A stretch of 62,077 nt of DNA from an uncultured Bacteroidaceae bacterium (lineage in GTDB: Bacteria; Bacteroidota; Bacteroidia; Bacteroidales; Bacteroidaceae). Shown here in pieces: positions 9,094-16,314 of the stretch (position 1 is the first letter of the stretch; each line of letters begins with the position of its first letter). The notes below the pieces were generated by a model. The model had not been told where the DNA came from, made no database searches, and saw only the letters and a program-made list of their open reading frames with translations. The translations under genes and the position numbers were made by a program. Where the stretch lies: assembly GCA_964646955.1 (NCBI GenBank), contig CAZYFO010000001.1, forward strand, positions 6,485 through 68,561. Direction: 5' to 3'.

Positions 9094-10287
9094 TTATCTT
9101 TGTTTGGGCCTTTTAGCTGAAAATATCTCTGCGACTATACTTATAATCATTGTTATAATGAAAAGTACCGTTCCCAACATGAACAACGCTTCATAATGAA
9201 TACCTCCAGCAGGTGCTTCTCCTAATTCGGCTGCAATGGTAGCAGGTATGGTTCTCATAGGTTGTAAAAGTGAATTTGGAATAACCGCCGCGTTTCCGGT
9301 AACCATCAATACAGCCATTGTCTCTCCGATAGCTCTTCCTATACCAAGAACAAATGCGGCCATAAGTCCGCTTACGCAATAGGGCAATGTCACTTTGAAT
9401 ATTGTCTGCAGATGTGTTGCCCCAAGTGCCAATGATGCTTCTTTTGTTGCTACTGGAACAGTTCTGATAGCATCCTCAGCTACGGTTATAATAGTAGGAA
9501 GAGCCATAATAGCTAAAATAAATGCACCGGTGAGTCCTGTTTCACCGACCGGTAGATTAAAGACTTTCTGTATAAGAGGTACTATAACCACAAGCCCGAA
9601 GAAACCATAAACCACCGAAGGAATACCGGAAAGGAGTTCAATAATAGGCTTTAATATTTTTCTCATCTTCGGTGATGCAAGTTCTGCCATATATATTGCC
9701 ACAGCCAGCCCGAATGGCAGTGCGAACAGAATTGCGCCTAATGAAACCCATAGAGAGCCTAAGATAAGCGGCTTTGTTCCGAATATGGCCGACGGAGTAG
9801 CAGTAGGAAACCATTGTCTGCCATTGAAGAACTGTTTAAGAGTGATTTTTTCGATTTTCAATTTCTTGAATTCACCTTTGGTTTCTAAATATATATCAGG
9901 AACATAAGCTATTATGGAACTATTTTCCTTAATTATTTTAGATAGAACCTCAGGAATATATTTAAGCTCTTCTCCAAGTTCTTCTTCCGTAGCATATTCA
10001 GTAATATTATCTATTCTGAAAGTCTTTATCTCGGTATCCGAACCTCCCAATTGAGCCCAATTTGTATACTCACCGTCGAAAATCTGTTTTATCTCGGATG
10101 CGCTTAGTGTATTTATTTTATTGGACTTGTTAAGTACTATTGAATAACCGGGTTCTACACTGTCCTTTGAAAAAAGGCCTGCACCTTGTTTAAATAGAAA
10201 TATAATTATCAAAAGGATTACAAGTGAGGTGATAGCCCCACTTGTCATTAACAGCCTTTCAACTATATATTCGGAAAATCTTCTCAT
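9094..10287 (-). CDS. pstC: Phosphate ABC transporter permease PstC carrying a PstS-like insert after TM1
   Basis: 397 aa. The permease core includes EDAIRTVPVATKEASLALGATH. Residues about 41-160 form a soluble insert with a PBP-like motif (see findings). Confidence 0.88.
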   Translation of the reverse strand: MRRFSEYIVERLLMTSGAITSLVILLIIIFLFKQGAGLFSKDSVEPGYSIVLNKSNKINTLSASEIKQIFDGEYTNWAQLGGSDTEIKTFRIDNITEYATEEELGEELKYIPEVLSKIIKENSSIIAYVPDIYLETKGEFKKLKIEKITLKQFFNGRQWFPTATPSAIFGTKPLILGSLWVSLGAILFALPFGLAVAIYMAELASPKMRKILKPIIELLSGIPSVVYGFFGLVVIVPLIQKVFNLPVGETGLTGAFILAIMALPTIITVAEDAIRTVPVATKEASLALGATHLQTIFKVTLPYCVSGLMAAFVLGIGRAIGETMAVLMVTGNAAVIPNSLLQPMRTIPATIAAELGEAPAGGIHYEALFMLGTVLFIITMIISIVAEIFSAKRPKQR

Positions 10288-10299
10288 TCAACAAATTTC

Positions 10300-11115
10300 T
10301 CATTTTAAGATATCTATATATCCTATTTTTTTGACAATCAATTGTCCCTCTAATGAAGTTACGTAATCTATAAAGGGCTTTACTTTAGATTCGTTTTTCT
10401 GAATATAATAAAAGAACAGAGGTCTGACAACCGGGTAACTGCCGTTTTTTGCATTCTCATATGATGGTGTAGTAAATTTTACCCCGTCGTAACTTATTGA
10501 CAACGGTTTGATATTTTTTGTCACATATGCCAATCCGACGTAACCGATAGCCCCTTTTGTCTGGCTTACTGATTGAATTACCGCACCGGTAGCCGGCATG
10601 GATAGAGCGGATTCTGTGTAGTTCTTATTATTCATAATACTCTCCTTTAGAAATTCGTATGTTCCGGAACTGCTTTCTCTGGCATAGACAATAATCTTCA
10701 TATCATCTCCACCCACCTCTTTCCAGTTTGTTATTTTGCCGGTAAAAATACTTTCCAACTGTTCCCGAGTTAATTTTGAAACCTTGTTTGCTGGATTAAC
10801 AACAATTGTCAAGGCATCCATTGCGATAATCTTCTCAACCAACTTGTCTCCATTTTGCTGAATCTTCATTTTCTCTTCAAGCTTTATCTTGCGGCTGGAC
10901 ATGGCGATGTCGGTGTTATTCTCAATTAAAGCCGCTATGCCTACTCCTGAGCCTCCTCCTGAGACGGTAGGTTTAGCATTTCTATTCACTTTCATGAAAT
11001 TCTCAGCCTCTTGTTGTGCAAGTGGCAGTACTGTGTCAGATCCTTTGATCTTCTGTGCGGATACTCCGAAAACCATCATGACGGTTATTACGGATAAAAC
11101 AATTCTCTTGATCAT
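10300..11115 (-). CDS. pstS: Phosphate-binding protein PstS (PBP-like 2 family)
   Basis: 271 aa. Signal peptide, GSDTVLPL near the N-terminus, and the motif LTREQLESIFTGKITNWKEVGG. Confidence 0.88.
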   Translation of the reverse strand: MIKRIVLSVITVMMVFGVSAQKIKGSDTVLPLAQQEAENFMKVNRNAKPTVSGGGSGVGIAALIENNTDIAMSSRKIKLEEKMKIQQNGDKLVEKIIAMDALTIVVNPANKVSKLTREQLESIFTGKITNWKEVGGDDMKIIVYARESSSGTYEFLKESIMNNKNYTESALSMPATGAVIQSVSQTKGAIGYVGLAYVTKNIKPLSISYDGVKFTTPSYENAKNGSYPVVRPLFFYYIQKNESKVKPFIDYVTSLEGQLIVKKIGYIDILK

Positions 11116-11144
11116 AATTTTATTATTTTGCTTTTATTCGCTTG

Positions 11145-11152
11145 CAAAAATA
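11145..11152 (-). promoter_or_regulatory. Candidate -7 box (TATTTTTG, minus strand) for the pst operon
   Basis: Plus-strand caaaaata, 30 nt upstream of the pstS start. Confidence 0.35.
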
Positions 11153-11242
11153 GATGTATGATGTTACGAAACGACTTCATATTTGTTACCATAATATTAA
11201 GATTCCGCATTTTTATTCCTAGACTCTTCTCAGAGCTAAGTC

Positions 11243-11328
11243 TAAGTAAAACTCTACCTATTGATGGTAATCTGTATTTACGTAATGGAATATTACTTTG
11301 TGAAGTAAATCATCGGAATCATATTTGA
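11243..11328 (+). pseudogene. Relic fragment of a diverged hddA-type heptose kinase gene
   Basis: It aligns colinearly with 12463-12545 of the intact gene. Both translate to [11 protein letters not shown]. The fragment has no start and no remainder of the gene. Confidence 0.6.
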
Positions 11329-11451
11329 GCTTTGTAACAGCTGTCCGTTTTTCGAAACATCGGACATTACGGTGGTAATTACTCTCCGAACTTCCCTGTT
11401 TTCCCAGTGCCCGAGCACACTCTTTTCTGTAACAGCGTACCATTACCGAAG

Positions 11452-11467
11452 AAACAGTTAACTGTTT
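11452..11467. repeat. Perfect 16-bp palindrome aaacagttaactgttt
   Basis: Read directly. It shares the AAACAGT-N2-ACTGTTT pattern with the palindrome at 11539-11556. Confidence 0.9.
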
Positions 11468-11538
11468 TCGTCGTAATTGCGTGCAATTATCTTGAAAACA
11501 GCGCACAGATATGGCTGTAATTGTGCACTGTTTTGACG

Positions 11539-11556
11539 GAAACAGTGCACTGTTTC
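11539..11556. repeat. Perfect 18-bp palindrome gaaacagtgcactgtttc, with extra half-site copies at 11496-11506 and 11523-11533
   Basis: Read directly. The 11-mer AAACAG[T/C]GCAC occurs four times, on both orientations, within about 60 bp. Confidence 0.9.
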
Positions 11557-11561
11557 TGAGG

Positions 11562-11601
11562 AAATCACGTTGTCATGGTAATTACCCTCACAACGTGATT
11601 T
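11562..11601. repeat. 40-bp nested palindrome: 12-bp arms aaatcacgttgt/acaacgtgattt around the 10-bp palindrome ggtaattacc
   Basis: Read directly. tggtaattacYctc also occurs at 11373-11386, 203 bp upstream of the copy at 11576-11589. Confidence 0.9.
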
Positions 11602-11780
11602 TGGGAGTACAATTCTCGATTTTTTGTATTATATTCCAGCTCGCCGCCGGTGCATAGAGATAGTAATTATTATTAGTATTATTTTTATAGGTGAGATTTC
11701 AAGAAAGAGAGTTGCTGCATGTCTACCTGATGATTACATTATTGACAACGATTGAATTGGAAAAACCACTTTGTGACAAG

Positions 11781-11876
11781 CGATTCGTTTGACAGGCGCT
11801 GAGTACCCGATTCCGACGAAACGATTCGTTTGACACAATCCGTCATCCCGATACAGACCAATCGATTCGTTTGACA
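11781..11876. repeat. Three direct copies of cgattcgtttgaca with an exact 41-bp period (11781, 11822, 11863)
   Basis: Read directly. The flanking units are degenerate (cccgatWcMgac is shared by units 1 and 2). The period is not a multiple of 3. Confidence 0.9.
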
Positions 11877-12220
11877 GTAGTATGCAAAAAAATGACACTG
11901 TGCTGATTCCGATTAAATCCCTGAGTAGAATTTTAGCCATCTCCCTATCAGACGCGAGATGACCAGCACTAGAGGCGGCACTCCCGTATAATTCTCTATG
12001 CCCACGATTTCGGACTCGCTGAACATCGTGCTGCGGTCATTAGGCGGAAGCTGTCTGATGCGCTGACGCAGACGTGGCTGAGGAAGATTTCGAACTTAAG
12101 TTTACTTATGAAAAAGAAATAACTGATTTAGCCCTAAATGTTTCCATGAAGAGGGTATTATTGAAGTTTATCGTATTTTTTTGCAGAATAAAACATATAA
12201 ACTTTCAGAATAAAATGTAT

Positions 12221-12228
12221 TACCTTTG
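12221..12228 (+). promoter_or_regulatory. Candidate -7 box TACCTTTG for the heptose operon
   Basis: Matches TAnnTTTG 36 nt upstream of the hddA ATG. Confidence 0.4.
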
Positions 12229-12263
12229 TCTATAACTCACTAAATGAGGTAAATTGAAATAAA

Positions 12264-13292
12264 ATGATAGTAAGAAGTAAAGCCCCGCTCAGATTGGGTT
12301 TTGCGGGAGGAGGTAGCGATGTGTCTCCTTATAGTGATATTTATGGAGGATTGATATTGAATGCTACCATAAATCTCTTTGCATATTGTACAATAGAGGA
12401 GACACATGATGATACCGTTTCATTGAGAGCTACGGATTTGGGAGTTGAAATCGCATATCCATTAAGCAAAACCTTACCTATTGATGGCAATCTGGATCTC
12501 CACAAGGGGGTATTTAATAGAGTAATTAAGGATTTTGGTGTAGAACCAAGAGCTTGTCGTATTACAACCTATTCTGATGCTCCAGCTGGAAGTGGATTAG
12601 GTTCTTCTTCTACAATGGTAGTGTGTATATTAAAAGCTTTTGTTGAGTGGTACAATCTTCCTATGGGAGATTATGAGATAGCTCGCAAGTCTTATGAAAT
12701 AGAGAGAATAGATTTGTCTCTTAGCGGAGGAAAACAGGATCAATATGCTGCAGCCTTCGGTGGATTCAATTATATGGAGTTTTTACCGGAAGGAACCGTG
12801 ATTGTTAATCCTCTTAGAATCAAACGTTGGGTTGTTGACGAATTGGAGTCATCGATAGTCTTGTATTATACCGGGGCTTCTCGCTCCTCGGCTGCAATTA
12901 TAGAAGAGCAACAAAAGAATACAAGTTCCGGAAACGAATCTGCAATATCTGCCATGCATCGTATTAAGCATAGTGCCATTGATATGAAACGTGTCCTTTT
13001 GGAAGGAAATATCAAGGAGTTTGCATCTATATTGGGCCAGGCATGGGAGGATAAGAAGAAAATGGCTACAGCGATATCCAATTCCATGATTCAAGAGGCT
13101 TTTGATGTAGCTTTTCAGGCTGGAGCAATAGCCGGAAAGGTTAGTGGCGCTGGTGGAGGTGGATTTATAATCTTTATGATGGATCCTACAAAGAAACGCT
13201 GTGTTATTGATGCTTTAAATAAGATGCCCGGACAGATAGTAGGATTCCAGTTCAGTGATGGTGGAACGCATGGTTGGAAAATATACTCGTAA
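12264..13292 (+). CDS. hddA: D-glycero-alpha-D-manno-heptose 7-phosphate kinase (GHMP kinase)
   Basis: 342 aa. N-terminus [16 protein letters not shown] and GHMP motif [10 protein letters not shown]. It sits with gmhA, hddC and gmhB. Confidence 0.85.
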   Translation: MIVRSKAPLRLGFAGGGSDVSPYSDIYGGLILNATINLFAYCTIEETHDDTVSLRATDLGVEIAYPLSKTLPIDGNLDLHKGVFNRVIKDFGVEPRACRITTYSDAPAGSGLGSSSTMVVCILKAFVEWYNLPMGDYEIARKSYEIERIDLSLSGGKQDQYAAAFGGFNYMEFLPEGTVIVNPLRIKRWVVDELESSIVLYYTGASRSSAAIIEEQQKNTSSGNESAISAMHRIKHSAIDMKRVLLEGNIKEFASILGQAWEDKKKMATAISNSMIQEAFDVAFQAGAIAGKVSGAGGGGFIIFMMDPTKKRCVIDALNKMPGQIVGFQFSDGGTHGWKIYS

Positions 13293-13293
13293 T

Positions 13294-13887
13294 ATGAATA
13301 TGGTCGTAATTAAAGAAGAAATAGCCCAATCAATCGCTACTAAACAGGCGATATTGGATGATAATGTATTATTGTCTCTAATTGGAAAAGCAGCTGAGGT
13401 TCTTACCGATGCTTATAAAAATGGTCATAGTGCATTATTAGCGGGAAATGGTGGTTCAGCTGCTGATGCGCAACATTTAGCCGGTGAGTTGGTAAACAAG
13501 TTCAATTTTGATCGTCCAGGGATTCCGGCTCATTCGTTAAGTACAGATACTTCTGTTATGACAGCCATAGGAAATGATATAGGTTATAAGTGTCTTTTCT
13601 CTAGACAGCTTCAGGCGCAAGGTTCAAAAGGTGATGTTTTTATTGGAATATCAACTTCCGGGAACTCGGAAAATATTATTGAGGCCCTGAAAGTTTGTAA
13701 AGATAAAGGAATCATTTCTGTCGGTTTGACGGGACAGGCTCCTTCGCAGATGAATGACCTTTGTGATATTTGTATCAATGTACCTTCCACGAAAACTCCG
13801 AGAATTCAGGAGTCCCATATTTTGATTGGACATGTTATTTGTTCAATCGTAGAAGAAAATCTTTTCGGCGACTTAAGAAAAGTATAA
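13294..13887 (+). CDS. gmhA: Phosphoheptose (sedoheptulose-7-P) isomerase, SIS domain
   Basis: GNGGSAADAQHLAGEL and ISTSGNS motifs. The start was moved to the in-frame ATG at 13294, just after the hddA stop. The tracked ORF start at 13255 would overlap hddA. Confidence 0.85.
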   Translation: MNMVVIKEEIAQSIATKQAILDDNVLLSLIGKAAEVLTDAYKNGHSALLAGNGGSAADAQHLAGELVNKFNFDRPGIPAHSLSTDTSVMTAIGNDIGYKCLFSRQLQAQGSKGDVFIGISTSGNSENIIEALKVCKDKGIISVGLTGQAPSQMNDLCDICINVPSTKTPRIQESHILIGHVICSIVEENLFGDLRKV

Positions 13888-14594
13888 TGTTTGATGTTAT
13901 AATACTGGCCGGTGGTATGGGAACTCGTTTGCGTTCTGTCGTAAGTGAGGTACCTAAATGCATGGCTCCGGTTGCCGGAAAGCCGTTCTTGTATTATATT
14001 TTAGAATATCTGAAACCTTACAAACCCGGAAAAGTGGTTTTGTCACTCGGCTATATGAGTGAAAAGGTTATAGATTGGGTCAATACAAGTGCCCGCATTT
14101 TATATGATTATCCGATAGAATGGGTAATCGAGGATGCTCCTTTAGGAACGGGCGGCGGAATTAAATTGGCCTTGAGCAGATGTTCTTCTCAAGAGGTTTG
14201 CATTCTTAATGGAGACACAATGTTTAAAGTCCCGTTGGATATCTTATGCCGTCTACATCAAGAGTCATCAGTAAATATCTCTTTGGCATTGAAACCTATG
14301 ACGGATTTTTCCCGTTATGGAACGGTTTCGATTGCAGAGGATAATACTATTACTGAGTTCAATGAGAAACGCTATTGTTCTCGTGGGCTAATAAATGGAG
14401 GCATATATTTTATCTCCCGAAATTCAGGCATATTCGATGGAATGCTGGAAAAGTTTTCTTTTGAAAAGGAAATATTGGAATCGTTCGTCAGAAAGGGAGA
14501 ACTGAAGGGCTTCTCTTTTGACAGCTACTTCATAGATATTGGTGTTCCTGAGGATTATGAAAAATCTCAGACCGATTTCAAAGATTTTCGATGA
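13887..14594 (+). CDS. hddC: D-glycero-alpha-D-manno-heptose 1-phosphate guanylyltransferase (sugar nucleotidyltransferase)
   Basis: MFDVIILAGGMGTRLRS is a typical nucleotidyltransferase N-terminus. The ATG overlaps the gmhA stop (TAATG). The tracked ORF start at 13770 is an upstream extension. Confidence 0.8.
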   Translation: MFDVIILAGGMGTRLRSVVSEVPKCMAPVAGKPFLYYILEYLKPYKPGKVVLSLGYMSEKVIDWVNTSARILYDYPIEWVIEDAPLGTGGGIKLALSRCSSQEVCILNGDTMFKVPLDILCRLHQESSVNISLALKPMTDFSRYGTVSIAEDNTITEFNEKRYCSRGLINGGIYFISRNSGIFDGMLEKFSFEKEILESFVRKGELKGFSFDSYFIDIGVPEDYEKSQTDFKDFR

Positions 14595-15061
14595 AAAAAA
14601 CACCTATTGATTTATTAGATAACTGCGATACCCTGTTTCTTGACAGAGACGGAGTAATCAACGTATTACTTCCCGGCGATTATGTAAAATGTTGGGAAGA
14701 GTTCCGTTTCGTTGATGGTTTTCTTGATTGGATAGGTGGTGTTAGCTCCCATTTCAAGCATATCATCATTGTAACAAACCAACGAGGTGTTGGTAAGGAT
14801 CTTATGAGTATGAATTCTCTTGAGGAGATTCATTCTAGGATGATATCCGAGATTGAAAAATCAGGGGGAAGGATTGACGCAATATACGTTTGTACTGCAT
14901 TGGATGATTCCGATTACATGAGAAAACCTAATACGGGTATGATAGAACTTGCCATGAAAGATTTTCCGGATATATCGATGCAACGTTCTATCATGATAGG
15001 AGACCAGGAATCGGATAGAAAGTTTGCAGATAATTGCGGAATGAGATTCCTTAAGGTCTAA
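14591..15061 (+). CDS. gmhB: D,D-heptose 1,7-bisphosphate phosphatase (HAD-IIIA)
   Basis: 156 aa with FLDRDGVIN (DxDGxxN), TNQ and the GDQESD motif. There is a 4-nt overlap with hddC. Confidence 0.8.
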   Translation: MKKTPIDLLDNCDTLFLDRDGVINVLLPGDYVKCWEEFRFVDGFLDWIGGVSSHFKHIIIVTNQRGVGKDLMSMNSLEEIHSRMISEIEKSGGRIDAIYVCTALDDSDYMRKPNTGMIELAMKDFPDISMQRSIMIGDQESDRKFADNCGMRFLKV

Positions 15062-15079
15062 TAATCAGTTCCCTTGGAT

Positions 15080-16207
15080 TTACCGTTTTGAGGCTTCAAG
15101 AATGGCAGAAGTCATATTGCTCCAAGCGTACTTTTTCTTTTCCTCGTTTATTCCGTCAGAGAATTCAACTTGTCTTTCGTTCTTGAAGAAATCGATGAGC
15201 TTTTCTGCTATCTCATTTTCATCCGGTTCAACAACATAGCCTACTTTCCCGTTAGGTACAATCTCTGATAGTCCTCCTACATTGGTCACAAGCATTGGTT
15301 TTTCGAAATGATAGGCTATCTGGGTTACGCCGCTTTGAGTAGCGCTTTTGTATGGTTGAACGATAATGTCAGCTGCTCCGAAGTAATATTTTACCCTGCT
15401 ATCCGGTACAAATTCACATTTCCAAATTACCAGACCTTCCAGTCCAAGTTCTTTTTCCAGTTCAAAATACTTTTCCGATCCGCTGTAGAACTCGCCGGCT
15501 ACGATAAGTCTCACATCCATCTTTCTGAATTCGGACTCAGCATATGCCTTTAGCATCAAGTCTAGGCCTTTATAATCGCGAATAAGGCCGAAGAACAGCA
15601 TGTATCTGAATTTACTATCCAGGCCCAGCTCATCTAAGGCCTCTTCTCTATTGACTCTCTGACCGAAGTTATCGTATAGCGGATGTTTACAGAAAATCTT
15701 CGGTTTGATACTGTCAAATGTATTAACATCCTCCAATACTGATTCGGACATGGCAATGAATCCATCGACGGATTTTACAAAGTATTTTGCTAAAAGGCGG
15801 TCACCGATACGATGTTCGTGAGGAATAATATTGTCTAATATGGATATGACTCTGGATTTTCCGTTTTTGCGTGACCCGCGTACTATGGTGCCCAGACAAG
15901 GTGCCATAAAAGGCAACCAGAACTTGACAATGACGATATCGGCTTTGGTTTTTTTTAGTTCATTTCTTACCTTGAGCCAATTGAAGGGGTTTACAGAGTT
16001 TACCTTTCTAATAATCTTCAGATCTTGAGGCGCATCTTCTTCAGAGAATTGAGTCTTTCCCGGAAATAGAAAACCCGGATATTGCATACTGAATGTCCAT
16101 ATTTCAACTTCGTTTCCCTCATTTTGAAATTCACGTGCCAACCTTTCGTTATAAACCGCCAGTCCGCCACGATATGGGTAAGCAGTTCCCAAGATGATTA
16201 TCTTCAT
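15080..16207 (-). CDS. GT4-family (GT-B) glycosyltransferase
   Basis: 375 aa. The C-terminal half has the EX7E-type region (QSGVTQIAYHFEKPMLVTNVGGLSEIV). Confidence 0.8.
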   Translation of the reverse strand: MKIIILGTAYPYRGGLAVYNERLAREFQNEGNEVEIWTFSMQYPGFLFPGKTQFSEEDAPQDLKIIRKVNSVNPFNWLKVRNELKKTKADIVIVKFWLPFMAPCLGTIVRGSRKNGKSRVISILDNIIPHEHRIGDRLLAKYFVKSVDGFIAMSESVLEDVNTFDSIKPKIFCKHPLYDNFGQRVNREEALDELGLDSKFRYMLFFGLIRDYKGLDLMLKAYAESEFRKMDVRLIVAGEFYSGSEKYFELEKELGLEGLVIWKCEFVPDSRVKYYFGAADIIVQPYKSATQSGVTQIAYHFEKPMLVTNVGGLSEIVPNGKVGYVVEPDENEIAEKLIDFFKNERQVEFSDGINEEKKKYAWSNMTSAILEASKR

Positions 16208-16231
16208 TGACCTTTGCTAAAGTATTTGATA

Positions 16232-16239
16232 CAAAAATA
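16232..16239 (-). promoter_or_regulatory. Candidate -7 box (TATTTTTG, minus strand) for the GT4 gene
   Basis: Plus-strand caaaaata, 25 nt upstream of the start at 16207. Confidence 0.3.
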
Positions 16240-16314
16240 CGAATTTGCTCAGTTATTGACTGATAATTGAGTGAAAAAAACTACTTTCGCGTCTGTAACC
16301 CTAATTATCATGCA

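Noticed and set aside
11160-11200. Pho boxes upstream of pstS
   Set aside because: TGTTAC occurs twice (11162-11167 and 11194-11199). However, the 32-bp spacing and sequence do not match the 7-bp direct repeats with 11-bp periodicity known from Proteobacteria. I have no Bacteroidetes consensus to compare against.
11452-11556. LexA/SOS boxes
   Set aside because: The palindromes read ACAGT-N2-ACTGT, not the CTGT-N8-ACAG arrangement of the classical SOS box, and no SOS gene is adjacent.
11562-11601. Invertible promoter (Mpi-type shufflon) controlling the glycan locus
   Set aside because: The 12-bp inverted arms are separated by only 16 nt, far too short for an invertible promoter segment. The arms only loosely resemble the ARACGTWCGT core I recall for Bacteroides invertible regions. 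No recombinase gene is nearby.
11781-11876. Possible miniature CRISPR array (regularly spaced direct repeats)
   Set aside because: There are only three copies. The conserved core is 14 bp with 27-bp spacers that are partly similar to each other. There are no cas genes, and the repeat is far shorter than real CRISPR repeats. I treat it as a degenerate 41-bp tandem repeat instead.
11258-11940. Tracked ORFs 11258..11506 (-) and 11734..11940 (-) as possible small protein genes
   Set aside because: Both run straight through nucleotide-level palindromes or repeats whose period is not a multiple of 3, so the same 14-mer is read in three frames. They lack promoter boxes and plausible leaders, and their sequences are low-complexity or basic with no family resemblance.
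13255-13293. Upstream extensions of tracked ORFs (13255, 13770, 16267, 31367, 34907, 36310, 38478, 42590, 52614) as true N-termini
   Set aside because: The extensions overlap the preceding gene or a terminator, often begin at non-ATG codons, and add residues absent from the family N-termini. In-frame ATGs placed right after the upstream stop give canonical N-termini.
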